NCBI GenBank assembly: GCA_964508365.1
Contig: CAZDTP010000045.1
Location: forward strand, 1-33,486
Direction: 5' to 3'
From: an uncultured archaeon
GTDB taxonomy: Archaea; Asgardarchaeota; Lokiarchaeia; Sigyniarchaeales; SOKP01
Length of the DNA stretch: 33,486 nt
Below the pieces are notes generated by a model, which saw only the letters and a program-made list of their open reading frames with translations, did no database searches and was not told the origin of the DNA. Made by a program: the position numbers and the translations under genes. This document shows, piece after piece, positions 16,939 to 25,161 of this stretch. How positions within the stretch are numbered: position 1 is the stretch's first letter; each line of letters starts with the position of its first letter.

Positions 16939-19002
16939 ATGATGAAAAAAAATATTAAATTTTCAAATTTTGATGTATTTGCGATTACTAAAGAATTAGG
17001 TACTATTCTCCCTTATGGAAAAATTGAAAATGTTTATGAAATTGATGGGGAATTATTAATTTTAAAAATTAAAACACATCTAAATGAGAAAAAGAATTTA
17101 ATTGTAAAAAACGATTCTCGTTTAAATTTTACAAACTTTAATTACCCAATTCCAAAATATCCCTCTCAGTATATAATGTCTCTAAGAAAGCACCTAAAAA
17201 ATAAGATAATTTTATCTGTTAATCAACATAATTTTGATAGAATTATTATTTTTGAAATAAGCAATGTGGAGGGAAAATCATGGAAATTTATTGTTGAACT
17301 ATTTAACAAAGGTAATTATATTCTACTCGATGAAAATAACATCGTAAAAATCGCAAAAAGTTATAGTAAATATAGAGATAGGGACATTTTAGCTAATAGA
17401 GAATATAACTTTCCTAGTTCTCGTGGCAGAGATTTTCTTAACCTTTCTCAAATCGATTTTAATGAAACAGTAAGTAATTTAGAAGATGAAATCGTAAGAA
17501 TCCTTGCAAGAAATATTAATATCTCAGGAACGATTTCAGAAGAAATATGCCTTAGGGCGGAAGTTGATAAAAAGCGAACAGGATCGGATCTTACTCCTCT
17601 AGAACTAGATGCTCTATTTAATTCCTTCAAAAAATTAAGAAATGAATTACTATTTGGGGAAATTAAGGCACAGATTGTATTCAACGAACAAGATGAAGAA
17701 ATTTCAGTTATCCCTTTTGGTTTAGAGCTTTATAAGAATAATAAAGTTCAGCAGTTCAATTCGTTTAATGAAGCCGTTGATGTGTTCTTCTCTAAACTAG
17801 ATTCTAATAAAATTATTACTCCACAAGATCAAGCCGTTAACAAAAAAATAAAGTCTCAAGAAAAAATATTAACGAACCAACTTGAATACGTTGAAGAGCT
17901 AAAAGCAAAAAAGAAATTGTACTATGAACATGGTAATTTTATATATGCTAATTTCAACTCATTAAATAAGTTATTTAATGGAATTAAAGAAGCAAAAGAA
18001 AAGGGCTACGCTCTAGAGGATATAAACACGAAACTAACTAGAGCAAAAAACGAAAATTTTGAGGATTTGGATATGTTTGTGAGGATTTTACCTGCGACTA
18101 AACAAGTAGTAATTTTAATTGATACTAATGAAGTTTATTTAGATTTAAACAAAACTGTTGGAGAAAACGCAAATAGAATTTTTTTAAAAGGCAAAAAGGC
18201 GGAGAAAAAATTAAGGGGAACACTTCCAGCTATTCAAAAAACAGAAGAAAATATTAAAAAGTTAAACAGAGAGAGAGAATCTATCGAATTAGATATTGAT
18301 TTTCTAGTAAGGAAACCACAAAAGAAATGGTATGAAAAATTTAGATGGTTTACTTCTTCCGATGGATTTCTAATTATCGGTGGACGAGATGCTAGCTCAA
18401 ATGAAACGATATTTAAAAAATATATAGAACCCAACGATCTAATTTTTCACACAAACTTTCCGGGGTCCCCTCTTACTGTATTAAAGAATCCAGAAAATAA
18501 TCAGATCCCTGAAAAGTCAATTAAGGAAGCCGCAAACTTTGTAGCTAGCTATTCTGTAGCGTGGAAAGAGAATTGGGGTATTGTCGATGTATTTTATGTG
18601 TTTGCCGATCAAATTTCTAAAACGCCACCTACAGGTGAATATTTACCAAAAGGTAGTTTTATGATTTTAGGAAAAAAAAATGTAATTAAGGGTGCAAAAA
18701 CCGAAATTGCGCTAAGATTAAGTTTCCTTGAAATAAAAAATGAAAGCGTTTCTGATTTAAAATTATTCTATCCCCAAGTATTGTACGAACCTCTTAATGC
18801 CATTAATAATAAAGAAGGGAATTTAATAATTATTAAACCTTCAAAATCGGGGAAAACAAAGGGACAGATAGCAAAAGAGATTAAAACATATTTTCTTAAC
18901 AATTCAGAAGCAGAGATGAAAAAATGGGTTAAAATTTTACCTATAGACGATATTATAATTGTCTTACCTACGGGTACATCTAAAATTATTATTCCCAGTT
19001 AA
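16939..19002 (+). CDS. rqcH: Ribosome quality-control factor aRqc2/RqcH (NEMF/NFACT family)
   Basis: FSNFDV, QHNFDRII, VELFNKGNYIL, WYEKFRWF, GGRDASSNE, GEYLPKGSFMILGKKN. Confidence 0.95.
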   Translation: MMKKNIKFSNFDVFAITKELGTILPYGKIENVYEIDGELLILKIKTHLNEKKNLIVKNDSRLNFTNFNYPIPKYPSQYIMSLRKHLKNKIILSVNQHNFDRIIIFEISNVEGKSWKFIVELFNKGNYILLDENNIVKIAKSYSKYRDRDILANREYNFPSSRGRDFLNLSQIDFNETVSNLEDEIVRILARNINISGTISEEICLRAEVDKKRTGSDLTPLELDALFNSFKKLRNELLFGEIKAQIVFNEQDEEISVIPFGLELYKNNKVQQFNSFNEAVDVFFSKLDSNKIITPQDQAVNKKIKSQEKILTNQLEYVEELKAKKKLYYEHGNFIYANFNSLNKLFNGIKEAKEKGYALEDINTKLTRAKNENFEDLDMFVRILPATKQVVILIDTNEVYLDLNKTVGENANRIFLKGKKAEKKLRGTLPAIQKTEENIKKLNRERESIELDIDFLVRKPQKKWYEKFRWFTSSDGFLIIGGRDASSNETIFKKYIEPNDLIFHTNFPGSPLTVLKNPENNQIPEKSIKEAANFVASYSVAWKENWGIVDVFYVFADQISKTPPTGEYLPKGSFMILGKKNVIKGAKTEIALRLSFLEIKNESVSDLKLFYPQVLYEPLNAINNKEGNLIIIKPSKSGKTKGQIAKEIKTYFLNNSEAEMKKWVKILPIDDIIIVLPTGTSKIIIPS

Positions 19003-19730
19003 TTTCCTCTTATTATCTTAAGATTATGATAATCATCAAATAATACACCATCTATCTGGTTATCAATTAAACTGTTTATTACTTGTAGAGGTTGCTTATA
19101 GCCCATAAAGCCCCAAGCAAGTGACTTAATATCATTAATATGGCATACTTTTATAAATTGATTAGAAATTAAATCTGATCGAAGGTTTATCATATCCGGA
19201 ATATTTTTTAGTTTTTTTCGAAGTCCTTTTTCTATAAATTCCTTTAAATTTAAACCTCTACCTTTAGTCATGTTAAAACATGTTGTTATCGGTTTAAATG
19301 TTTTCTTATATTTATTTAGTTTATTAAAGTCTCTTCCGCTTATTGTACAATTTTTCAAAACTCCTTTTTTATTAATTAAGTCAAAAATTTCTTTCTCAAT
19401 TCCTTCATCTTTCATGTGTATAATAATTTGCGTTTTATCTATCATATAATCCAGGGATTCTTCTAAAAGAGGGACTTTTTGGTTTCTTACTATGGTTTTA
19501 AGATTTTTAACATCATTGTAATTTAAGTTTTTTAATACTCCTATACCATTAGTTGTTCTGGCTAATGTAATATCGTGAAATACGATTAACTTTCTATCTT
19601 TTGTTCTCCTGACATCAAGTTCTATGCAATTTGCCCCAGATTTAATTGCGATATCGAACGCTTCCAATGTGTTTTCATCGTAATCTACTAAAGTGCCTCT
19701 ATGTCCAATAAAAAGTGTAATTTTTTTCAT
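18999..19730 (-). CDS. Glycerophosphodiester phosphodiesterase (GDPD/UgpQ family)
   Basis: IGHRG, ENTLEAF, IELDVRRTKD, VFHD. ATG 19730 preferred over TTG 19742. Confidence 0.92.
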   Translation of the reverse strand: MKKITLFIGHRGTLVDYDENTLEAFDIAIKSGANCIELDVRRTKDRKLIVFHDITLARTTNGIGVLKNLNYNDVKNLKTIVRNQKVPLLEESLDYMIDKTQIIIHMKDEGIEKEIFDLINKKGVLKNCTISGRDFNKLNKYKKTFKPITTCFNMTKGRGLNLKEFIEKGLRKKLKNIPDMINLRSDLISNQFIKVCHINDIKSLAWGFMGYKQPLQVINSLIDNQIDGVLFDDYHNLKIIRGN

Positions 19731-19763
19731 TAAAGGAAACAAATTTTAGAATTATAAATTTGG

Positions 19764-20180
19764 TTAGTTTTCCTGAACTAAAAACAAGTAAACGATTATT
19801 ACTAATAGGCCTATAAAACTGAAAGAAAATACAATAGCATCTCTAAAAGACTGGATCAAGGAAAAGATAAAAATAATCACAATCAACTTTAAATCTAATG
19901 GTTTACCCGTCAATTCCTTATAATTTCCGATACTAATCGTCATAAAAATGAAGAAAAATAGGATTACTAAAACCTTAATAGTGATATCTAGAGTTTGGAA
20001 TAGAATGTTTTCGCTTGCAAACAGAGATATATAACCCCCGTTTAATAAAACTGATATTATTAATAATAACCCCCCAATAACGGCTGATCTTATAACTGAA
20101 CGATAAGCAGATTTTTCTTCTAATTTTGGTTTTCTATTAACCGTTCCTAATTTTAGATTTTCTTTTTTTATTTTTGACAT
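19764..20180 (-). CDS. Hypothetical membrane protein (3-4 TM)
   Basis: Basic N-terminus followed by hydrophobic segments; tightly spaced with its neighbours. Confidence 0.7.
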   Translation of the reverse strand: MSKIKKENLKLGTVNRKPKLEEKSAYRSVIRSAVIGGLLLIISVLLNGGYISLFASENILFQTLDITIKVLVILFFFIFMTISIGNYKELTGKPLDLKLIVIIFIFSLIQSFRDAIVFSFSFIGLLVIIVYLFLVQEN

Positions 20181-20189
20181 GGTAACATG

Positions 20190-21011
20190 TTAGCTCCTTA
20201 TTCTTTCGATTTCTTTCTTAATTCTGGAAATTCGATATATATAAAATGCATAAAATGCCCCAATCGAAGAAAAAATAACAATTGTGGAGATTGACATCAA
20301 AAGCTCACCAATAGGTTCTTCCGGGGCCCCAGGGGGGAATTGTAAATGGATAGAAATAATATTCGAAATAATAATTCCACTGGGGTAGATTGCAGTTTTA
20401 CCGAATATTATTTTAAAGTTAAATGTATCACCATGGTCTAATTCTACATCCTCGATACCACTTTCGATATTTTCAACAGGCATGGAAAACTCGTAAACTA
20501 TTCGATTCCCCTCTAATTTCGCAGCACCATCACCATTAGGATTCACATCTTCATAATAAACCATATCATTAATATAATAATCTAAATAAGAATAACTATT
20601 CGTTGACATGTTTGAAAATTGAACAATTTTGGCATCAGTGAAGTTTAAATCCTCGTCCCAATCCGCTATTAAAACCCCAAGAAATTCATTATCGTATTCA
20701 CTAGATATATGATCGTCAAAATCAAATCTAGCTAAAATGTATAAGTTTGGTTCAGCTTGTAAAATCCATAATTCAATAGATAACCCGTTGCTTTGGGTTG
20801 ATAAATCGGGAAATAGTTCTATTTCCAACTTTTCAGCAGAAGCCCATTCGTTTGTTGCTCCATCAACAACACCGTCTATAACAGGTGCGGTTCCAAATCC
20901 CACATCAAATTCAATTGGAGTTCCATAGGTTTTTACAATCAGAAATGCAGAACTTATAAATACTTGAACAATGAAGATGAAAATAATAATGCTTGTTGCG
21001 TTTTTTTTCAC
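20190..21011 (-). CDS. Secreted, C-terminally anchored protein with CBM9/DOMON-like domain
   Basis: Signal-peptide-like N-terminus, APVIDGVVDG...EW and NLYILARF motifs, acidic beta-rich core, Pro linker, C-terminal TM and basic tail. Confidence 0.65.
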   Translation of the reverse strand: MKKNATSIIIFIFIVQVFISSAFLIVKTYGTPIEFDVGFGTAPVIDGVVDGATNEWASAEKLEIELFPDLSTQSNGLSIELWILQAEPNLYILARFDFDDHISSEYDNEFLGVLIADWDEDLNFTDAKIVQFSNMSTNSYSYLDYYINDMVYYEDVNPNGDGAAKLEGNRIVYEFSMPVENIESGIEDVELDHGDTFNFKIIFGKTAIYPSGIIISNIISIHLQFPPGAPEEPIGELLMSISTIVIFSSIGAFYAFYIYRISRIKKEIERIRS

Positions 21012-21214
21012 TTTTTTATAGCCACTTTTTTATCATTAAGCGATAGTTCAATTTTGCTTTTAATTAAAGAAACTCAATAAAATTGATAATTAAAATTGAA
21101 TTTAATATTTTTTCTTTGTCTTCGCAAATTTTAAGGATTTTCAATCAAAAACTTGTAGTATTTCCCTTGTATTGAAGAAATAGCTCTCTAATCAGTATTT
21201 AAATAAATTTCATT

Positions 21215-21664
21215 TTATGAAAGATAATTAGGTAATAGAACGCTGCAATTGAATTTGTTTAAATACGCCACAATATAGTTTATCAAGCGTTTTATATCGC
21301 GTTTAGCTTCAAGCATATTACTATTATTATATTCTGCGAATTGCTTTGGTCCAATTGCAATTAACAATCCCGATAAATCCTTTTCTCTCTTAATAAAAAG
21401 CCAAAAAGGTTTTTTTTTTTCATTATCTTTAAATAGTAGTAGCATCCATGGATTTAAAGTCCAATCCTTAGAATCAGGGCCGATTACTTTTTCTATCGCG
21501 TGCCCCGTAGTATATTTTTTAGTTATTTTTATAGCTTTTACTAATCGATTAAAGTAGGACCGTTTCAGTTTTAAATACCCATTGAAATAAGATTTAGCAT
21601 CGTAGAGTTCTATTTTATTACCCGTTCCATCAGCGAATTTCAAATCAATTTTCCAAGTGCTCAT
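21215..21664 (-). CDS. Hypothetical protein
   Basis: 149-aa ORF, Trp/aromatic-rich, co-oriented with a 21-nt gap to the upstream gene. Confidence 0.7.
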   Translation of the reverse strand: MSTWKIDLKFADGTGNKIELYDAKSYFNGYLKLKRSYFNRLVKAIKITKKYTTGHAIEKVIGPDSKDWTLNPWMLLLFKDNEKKKPFWLFIKREKDLSGLLIAIGPKQFAEYNNSNMLEAKRDIKRLINYIVAYLNKFNCSVLLPNYLS

Positions 21665-21685
21665 TTTAAATCCAAATAATTTTTC

Positions 21686-22105
21686 CTAGCTTATTTCCAT
21701 AATTTGAATATCTTTAATATTCTTTTTATTTTTATCCAAAAAACATAATAAATCTATATATTTTTCCTCGTTTATAGATAGGTTAAGATAACATTCGAAA
21801 AATAACAATCCCTCTATCATAATTAATCCCGTAGAATGAATAATACCATATTCTTGAAGTCTTTTTGAGAATGCTTCAGAGTATTCGTCAATTTTTTTTA
21901 AACCTCGTAGTGTTAATTTAATTATCTTTTGTTTTTTTACAGGGTAAATAATTATTTTTGAATATCTACTTGTCTCAGATCTGATAATTAATATATAGTC
22001 ATAATTCTCTATATTATCAATATGAGTTAATGATAACTCGATATTAGTTGTTTGTGAGGAGCTGATTTCTTTTACTTGGGCTGATGTGAGGTGAGGATTC
22101 TTCAT
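21686..22105 (-). CDS. Hypothetical protein, possible C-terminal ACT/ferredoxin-like fold
   Basis: 139-aa ORF whose C-terminal half shows a beta-alpha-beta-beta-alpha-beta pattern (IIHSTG...FECYL). Confidence 0.6.
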   Translation of the reverse strand: MKNPHLTSAQVKEISSSQTTNIELSLTHIDNIENYDYILIIRSETSRYSKIIIYPVKKQKIIKLTLRGLKKIDEYSEAFSKRLQEYGIIHSTGLIMIEGLLFFECYLNLSINEEKYIDLLCFLDKNKKNIKDIQIMEIS

Positions 22106-22142
22106 TTTCTATTTACTTAATAATAAAAAATATATACTTATA

Positions 22143-22481
22143 TTATTCCAAAAATACTTTTTTAATAATTTTAATACTACGAATAGTTCCGGATGTTTTT
22201 ATAGGAGATAAAACGACTTTATTACCAGAGATTTCAGTAATGAAAGTTAAAGCGGAAATCACTATTTCCTTTGTTTGATGAGAGCATCTAATAATTCCAA
22301 AACCTTCTAGAAAATTAATATCAACTAACCATAACCCAACTCTACTAGCTTCTTTTAAGCCAAAATACTTCCATAGGGATGCCCATATCGAATTTAGAAT
22401 CATTCGTTTATCCAAAGATGTAATATGTTCCGATATCACTTTGAATAGTACATATCTATGACGTTCGCTTTTTACGACTAT
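22143..22481 (-). CDS. rnp2: RNase P protein component 2 (Pop5/Rpp14); probable ATA start at 22481
   Basis: The frame extends upstream of the tracked GTG to include ERHRYVLFKV (family RY motif). Also GIIRCSH and SGTIR. Confidence 0.88.
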   Translation of the reverse strand: MVVKSERHRYVLFKVISEHITSLDKRMILNSIWASLWKYFGLKEASRVGLWLVDINFLEGFGIIRCSHQTKEIVISALTFITEISGNKVVLSPIKTSGTIRSIKIIKKVFLE

Positions 22482-23203
22482 ATTTCACCCCGATTTATTA
22501 GTTTTACACCTGATTCTATGAAATTTTTATCTTGACGCTTTTGTACTCGATTTAGAAGAGAAACTACATTTTTAGAAAAACAATTTTTAGCTTGTATCAA
22601 TGAAATGCCTAAAAGTGTATGGCATACGCTAATTAAAGCTCTAGGATGACGTAATGAATAAAAATCGTCAAAGTTTCCACTTATGATATAGTTTGCATTT
22701 AGTTTATTAGCTAGCTGTACGCCTCGGTAAAGATTTCTTAGATTTTTGGACTGTAATGATTTGTTTTTTACCATTATTGGTGCGAGTGAAAATTCGATAA
22801 ACGATTCATTCTGTTTGGTAAGCGAAATTACTCCTGGAGAAATAGTTTTTAGTACTGCTTGCTCTGAATACGAGATTATGTCCACTCTGGAATCTTTAGC
22901 TGCTTGGATTTGAATTTTTTTATCTGCAGATTCAACTACTATAATGTTAGATGACTGTCCAATTCCTTTGAGTTTCTTAATTAAGCTTTCTAGATTTTTT
23001 GGATTAATTTTAGTGCGATATTTAACATTTACATTTATTATCTCTTCTATTTTTCTTTTTAAATCTGGTTGCATTTTTTTTCCATTATTTTCAAGTTCTA
23101 TGATCACATTTTGAATCCCTAATAATTTACAAAAATGTAATTTCTGCTCAATTTCCTTAAAGTTGTTAGTATTTAACCTTAACCTTGACTCAAAATATGA
23201 CAA
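22478..23203 (-). CDS. rnp3: RNase P protein component 3 (Rpp30)
   Basis: QAAKDSRVDIISY, IEFSLAPI, YIISG...SLRHPRALIS. Directly upstream of Pop5. Confidence 0.88.
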   Translation of the reverse strand: MSYFESRLRLNTNNFKEIEQKLHFCKLLGIQNVIIELENNGKKMQPDLKRKIEEIINVNVKYRTKINPKNLESLIKKLKGIGQSSNIIVVESADKKIQIQAAKDSRVDIISYSEQAVLKTISPGVISLTKQNESFIEFSLAPIMVKNKSLQSKNLRNLYRGVQLANKLNANYIISGNFDDFYSLRHPRALISVCHTLLGISLIQAKNCFSKNVVSLLNRVQKRQDKNFIESGVKLINRGEI

Positions 23204-23323
23204 ACAGATCTTAACCTCTAATTTCAGATCGGGATTTATTTGTAGCGTTTTCGATGTTTTTAGTGTTTTTAAATAAAAAAAAATTTATTAGAATAAATAT
23301 TTTACATGTTATATATGTTATAA

Positions 23324-24622
23324 GTGGTTCTATTGGCTAATAAACGAAAGCTTTCTGATATAAAGAAAAAAATTCATAGCGGCAACGCAAATGTTCTCAC
23401 TGCTCAGGAATTTATCAGTCGCATTGATAAGGGAGAAAAATTCAAATTTGAAGACATTGATGTGATTACAACCGCCACTAAAGGCCTAATGAGTGGAATT
23501 ATGGGCATATTTTCTTTTAGATTAACTCCCCCAAAAACTTTAAGAAAATTTACTGAAATCAGCTTAAATGGAATCTCTGCTTTTCCTGGACCGTGCCCCA
23601 ATGAGTATTTAGGAATTGCTGATCTAATTGTCTACGGTACTGCTCAAAGTCATTCAAAAGAGAATTATTGTGGGGGTTCTTTGTTCAGAGAACTAGTGGA
23701 AGGAAAACCTATCTCCATTCAAGCTAAAAGCAGTGAAGGAAATATAATCGATATAGATTTCACTTTAAATGAAATGCAATATGCAAAACTGATGGGCACT
23801 CGTCAAGCGATAAAAAATTATAATGCTATGCTTAATTGCGAAACATATCAAGTAGATACGATATTTTCATGTCAATCTTTTGAACCTAATAACTCCGAAT
23901 TAACATTTTCTGGCTGTGGTGCCCTAAATCCTTTCCAAAACGATCCTAATTTCCTGACTTTTGGAGTGGGGACCCCACTTTTAGTTAATGGGGCTCAAGG
24001 GTATTTAATGGGGCCAGGGACGCGTAATTATCTCGTAAAACCTAATATGATGACAATCGCCCCCATGGATCAAATGAAACCGGAATATTTAGGAGCTTTT
24101 AAAACTTCTTATGGATTAGAACCCATTTGCTCGATAGCCGTTCCAATACCTATCTTAACTGACAAAATTTTTGATGACATTGTCAAATCAGACAGAGATG
24201 TTAAATTAACCATTTTAAGTCTTGTAGGGCGTGAAAAGGTTGGAGAAATTACTTATGGAGATGTATGGGATAATAATTTCGTACTGAAATTTAATCCTGA
24301 AGTGTGTAAAAAAGGATATAAATGCAAAGTCATAGATAAATGCCCTACAAACGCTTTTATTATAAAAGAAGGGTTAATCTCAGCAATCGATAGATCTAGA
24401 TGTTTTAATTGTGGAAATTGCGTGAGATTGTGTCCCGACGCGTTTAGCTTGGACTTAAAATCAGTTCAATATAAAGGAAGTGAAATTCCCGTTGTCTTAA
24501 GGCAATCAGATAGGGCAGGAGCTATCATGCTAGCTGAAGAACTCAAACAACAGATTCTAAAAGAGGAATTTCAGTTAAAAAAGCCAACGGGAAGGCTAGA
24601 TTTTGCTGAAAAATTAAAATAG
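23324..24622 (+). CDS. DUF39/HcyBio-family protein with C-terminal ferredoxin (methanogenesis marker 16-like)
   Basis: KIHSGNANVLTAQEF, IDVITTATKGLMSG, GPCPNEYLG, FSGCGALNP, Cys clusters CKKGYKC....CP and CFNCGNCVRLCP. Confidence 0.8.
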   Translation: MVLLANKRKLSDIKKKIHSGNANVLTAQEFISRIDKGEKFKFEDIDVITTATKGLMSGIMGIFSFRLTPPKTLRKFTEISLNGISAFPGPCPNEYLGIADLIVYGTAQSHSKENYCGGSLFRELVEGKPISIQAKSSEGNIIDIDFTLNEMQYAKLMGTRQAIKNYNAMLNCETYQVDTIFSCQSFEPNNSELTFSGCGALNPFQNDPNFLTFGVGTPLLVNGAQGYLMGPGTRNYLVKPNMMTIAPMDQMKPEYLGAFKTSYGLEPICSIAVPIPILTDKIFDDIVKSDRDVKLTILSLVGREKVGEITYGDVWDNNFVLKFNPEVCKKGYKCKVIDKCPTNAFIIKEGLISAIDRSRCFNCGNCVRLCPDAFSLDLKSVQYKGSEIPVVLRQSDRAGAIMLAEELKQQILKEEFQLKKPTGRLDFAEKLK

Positions 24623-24652
24623 AATCAAATCATAATTAAAGGTGAATTCTAA

Positions 24653-25096
24653 ATGACTGATATTAAATTAGATAAATTTGATCAGATTGGGATTGTAGTA
24701 AATAATATCGAAAAGTCGGCTCAAATGTACCGAAAACTGTTTAACTTTAAGGGAAACATAAATATCGTTGAACAGAGCGCAACTGTTACCTACAAGGGAA
24801 AAGAGGTAACCTTTAACATGAAAAAAATTATGCAATTTTTTGGGGGGAAACAATTTGAGATCGTTGAAGTAGTTGATGCAACTGGTCCTAATCTTTACTC
24901 TGAGTTTATAGCAGAGGGAAATACCGGCTTACACCACTTAGGTATTTACACAAAAAACGCTGAAGATTTAATTGAGCAATTTAAACAACAATTTAATGTG
25001 GAAACCGCTCAAGTGGGAAAATTGGGAAAGTTAACTTTTACCTACTTAGACACTAAAGATATTCTAGGATATTACATCGAAATCCTTGAGTTTTAA
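24653..25096 (+). CDS. VOC-family protein (methylmalonyl-CoA epimerase/glyoxalase-4-like)
   Basis: DQIGIVV, FEIVE, GLHHLG and IEILE metal-ligand positions. Confidence 0.85.
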   Translation: MTDIKLDKFDQIGIVVNNIEKSAQMYRKLFNFKGNINIVEQSATVTYKGKEVTFNMKKIMQFFGGKQFEIVEVVDATGPNLYSEFIAEGNTGLHHLGIYTKNAEDLIEQFKQQFNVETAQVGKLGKLTFTYLDTKDILGYYIEILEF

Positions 25097-25161
25097 CAGT
25101 AAACCATTGGTTTTTGCACTTATGTAATAAAGTTTATTTTTTATTTATAATAATTCAATTT

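Noticed and set aside
23306-23322. Tandem ATGTTATA repeat before the DUF39 gene
   Set aside because: Short and AT-rich; insufficient evidence of function.
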